Part shown: positions 63,472-64,000 of the stretch, one piece after another
How the letters are laid out: each line of letters opens with the position of its first letter
Position numbering within the stretch: position 1 is the stretch's first letter
DNA from: Pseudomonadota bacterium
Lineage (GTDB): Bacteria; Pseudomonadota; Gammaproteobacteria; Magnimaribacterales; D2472
DNA length: 64,000 nt
NCBI GenBank assembly: GCA_028344535.1
Contig: JAOMBK010000005.1
Location: 869 to 64,868 of the forward strand
Direction: 5' to 3'
Translations under genes and position numbers: made by a program
The notes under the pieces: generated by a model
The model's database searches: none
What the model was told of the DNA's origin: nothing
The model's input: only the letters and a program-made list of their open reading frames with translations

Positions 63472-64000
63472 ATGGATGTTTCTCACATACTAGAAAACTT
63501 AAATGATCCGCAGCGAGAAGCGGTAACTTCAGAAGATAAGAGTCTTTTAGTTTTGGCTGGTGCAGGCTCAGGTAAGACCAGGGTGCTGGTTCATAGAATT
63601 GCATGGAATGTTGAGGCCATGGGCTTAAATCCATCATCCATCATGGCAGTTACTTTTACCAATAAAGCAGCACAAGAGATGCAATCTAGAATTCAAGAGT
63701 TGCTGCAGTCTCCTGCAGGCGACATGTGGTGCGGTACTTTTCATGGCTTAGCACACAGAACACTGAAACGATTTTATAAAGAAGCAGGGCTTATTTCTGG
63801 ATTTACCATCTTAGATAGCGATGATCAATTACGCATAATTAAACGTTTGGTCAAAGAAGCAGGCTTGGATGATGGTGCCTGGCCACCCAAGCAAATGCAG
63901 TGGCAGATCAATAGCTGGAAAGATGAAGGCATTCGCGCAGATAAAGTAAATGACAATGGAGACTTTTATGCTCAGACAGTTAAAGGGATCTACAAGCATT
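63472..64000 (+). CDS. uvrD: DNA helicase II UvrD, N-terminal fragment (runs off window)
   Basis: MDVSHILENLNDPQREAV..LVLAGAGSGKTRVLVHRIAW..MAVTFTNKAAQEM is collinear with E. coli UvrD. Open to the window end. Confidence 0.85.
   Translation, partial: MDVSHILENLNDPQREAVTSEDKSLLVLAGAGSGKTRVLVHRIAWNVEAMGLNPSSIMAVTFTNKAAQEMQSRIQELLQSPAGDMWCGTFHGLAHRTLKRFYKEAGLISGFTILDSDDQLRIIKRLVKEAGLDDGAWPPKQMQWQINSWKDEGIRADKVNDNGDFYAQTVKGIYKH

Overview
AT-rich, very gene-dense window that looks like a streamlined marine gammaproteobacterial chromosome; the taxon is inferred from gene order only. It has two parts. (1) Positions 1-29.5 kb are the conserved replication-origin neighbourhood. It runs fmt', trkA-trkH, lpxL-like, glyQS and plsC, then gyrB-recF-dnaN-dnaA on the minus strand. 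These diverge from rpmH-rnpA-yidD-yidC-mnmE-mnmG-rsmG-parA-parB-atpIBEFHAGDC-glmU-glmS on the plus strand. Perfect DnaA boxes lie in both the dnaA/rpmH and mnmE/mnmG spacers, and a parS-like palindrome lies in the recF 3' end. (2) An accessory-looking region starts 26 bp after the glmS stop and runs to uvrD at the right edge. It begins with a PUA-like/HNH putative Type IV restriction nuclease, convergent with an EEP-family nuclease/phosphatase. Next comes a 0.7-kb non-coding stretch holding three copies of a 46-nt hairpin element that alternate with mini-ORFs. Then there is a ~100-nt duplicated 5' end of a homocysteine methyltransferase gene bracketing a ~1-kb insert. After that comes a 5-gene minus-strand operon of small membrane proteins plus an XRE regulator. 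The remainder is a long co-directional run of small metabolic, redox, metal and lipid genes, many joined by ATGA-type overlaps. The leads I consider most worth follow-up are: the hairpin/mini-ORF array, a 14-codon Cys-rich mini-ORF upstream of gloB and a MerC/PepSY/Met-His-rich OMP cluster, a structured leader before a BHMT-like gene, and a prolyl-4-hydroxylase with a Gnt1-like glycosyltransferase and MazG. I found no rRNA, tRNA, CRISPR array, transposase or integrase. All function calls come from motifs read in the translations and from gene order; no database search was run.
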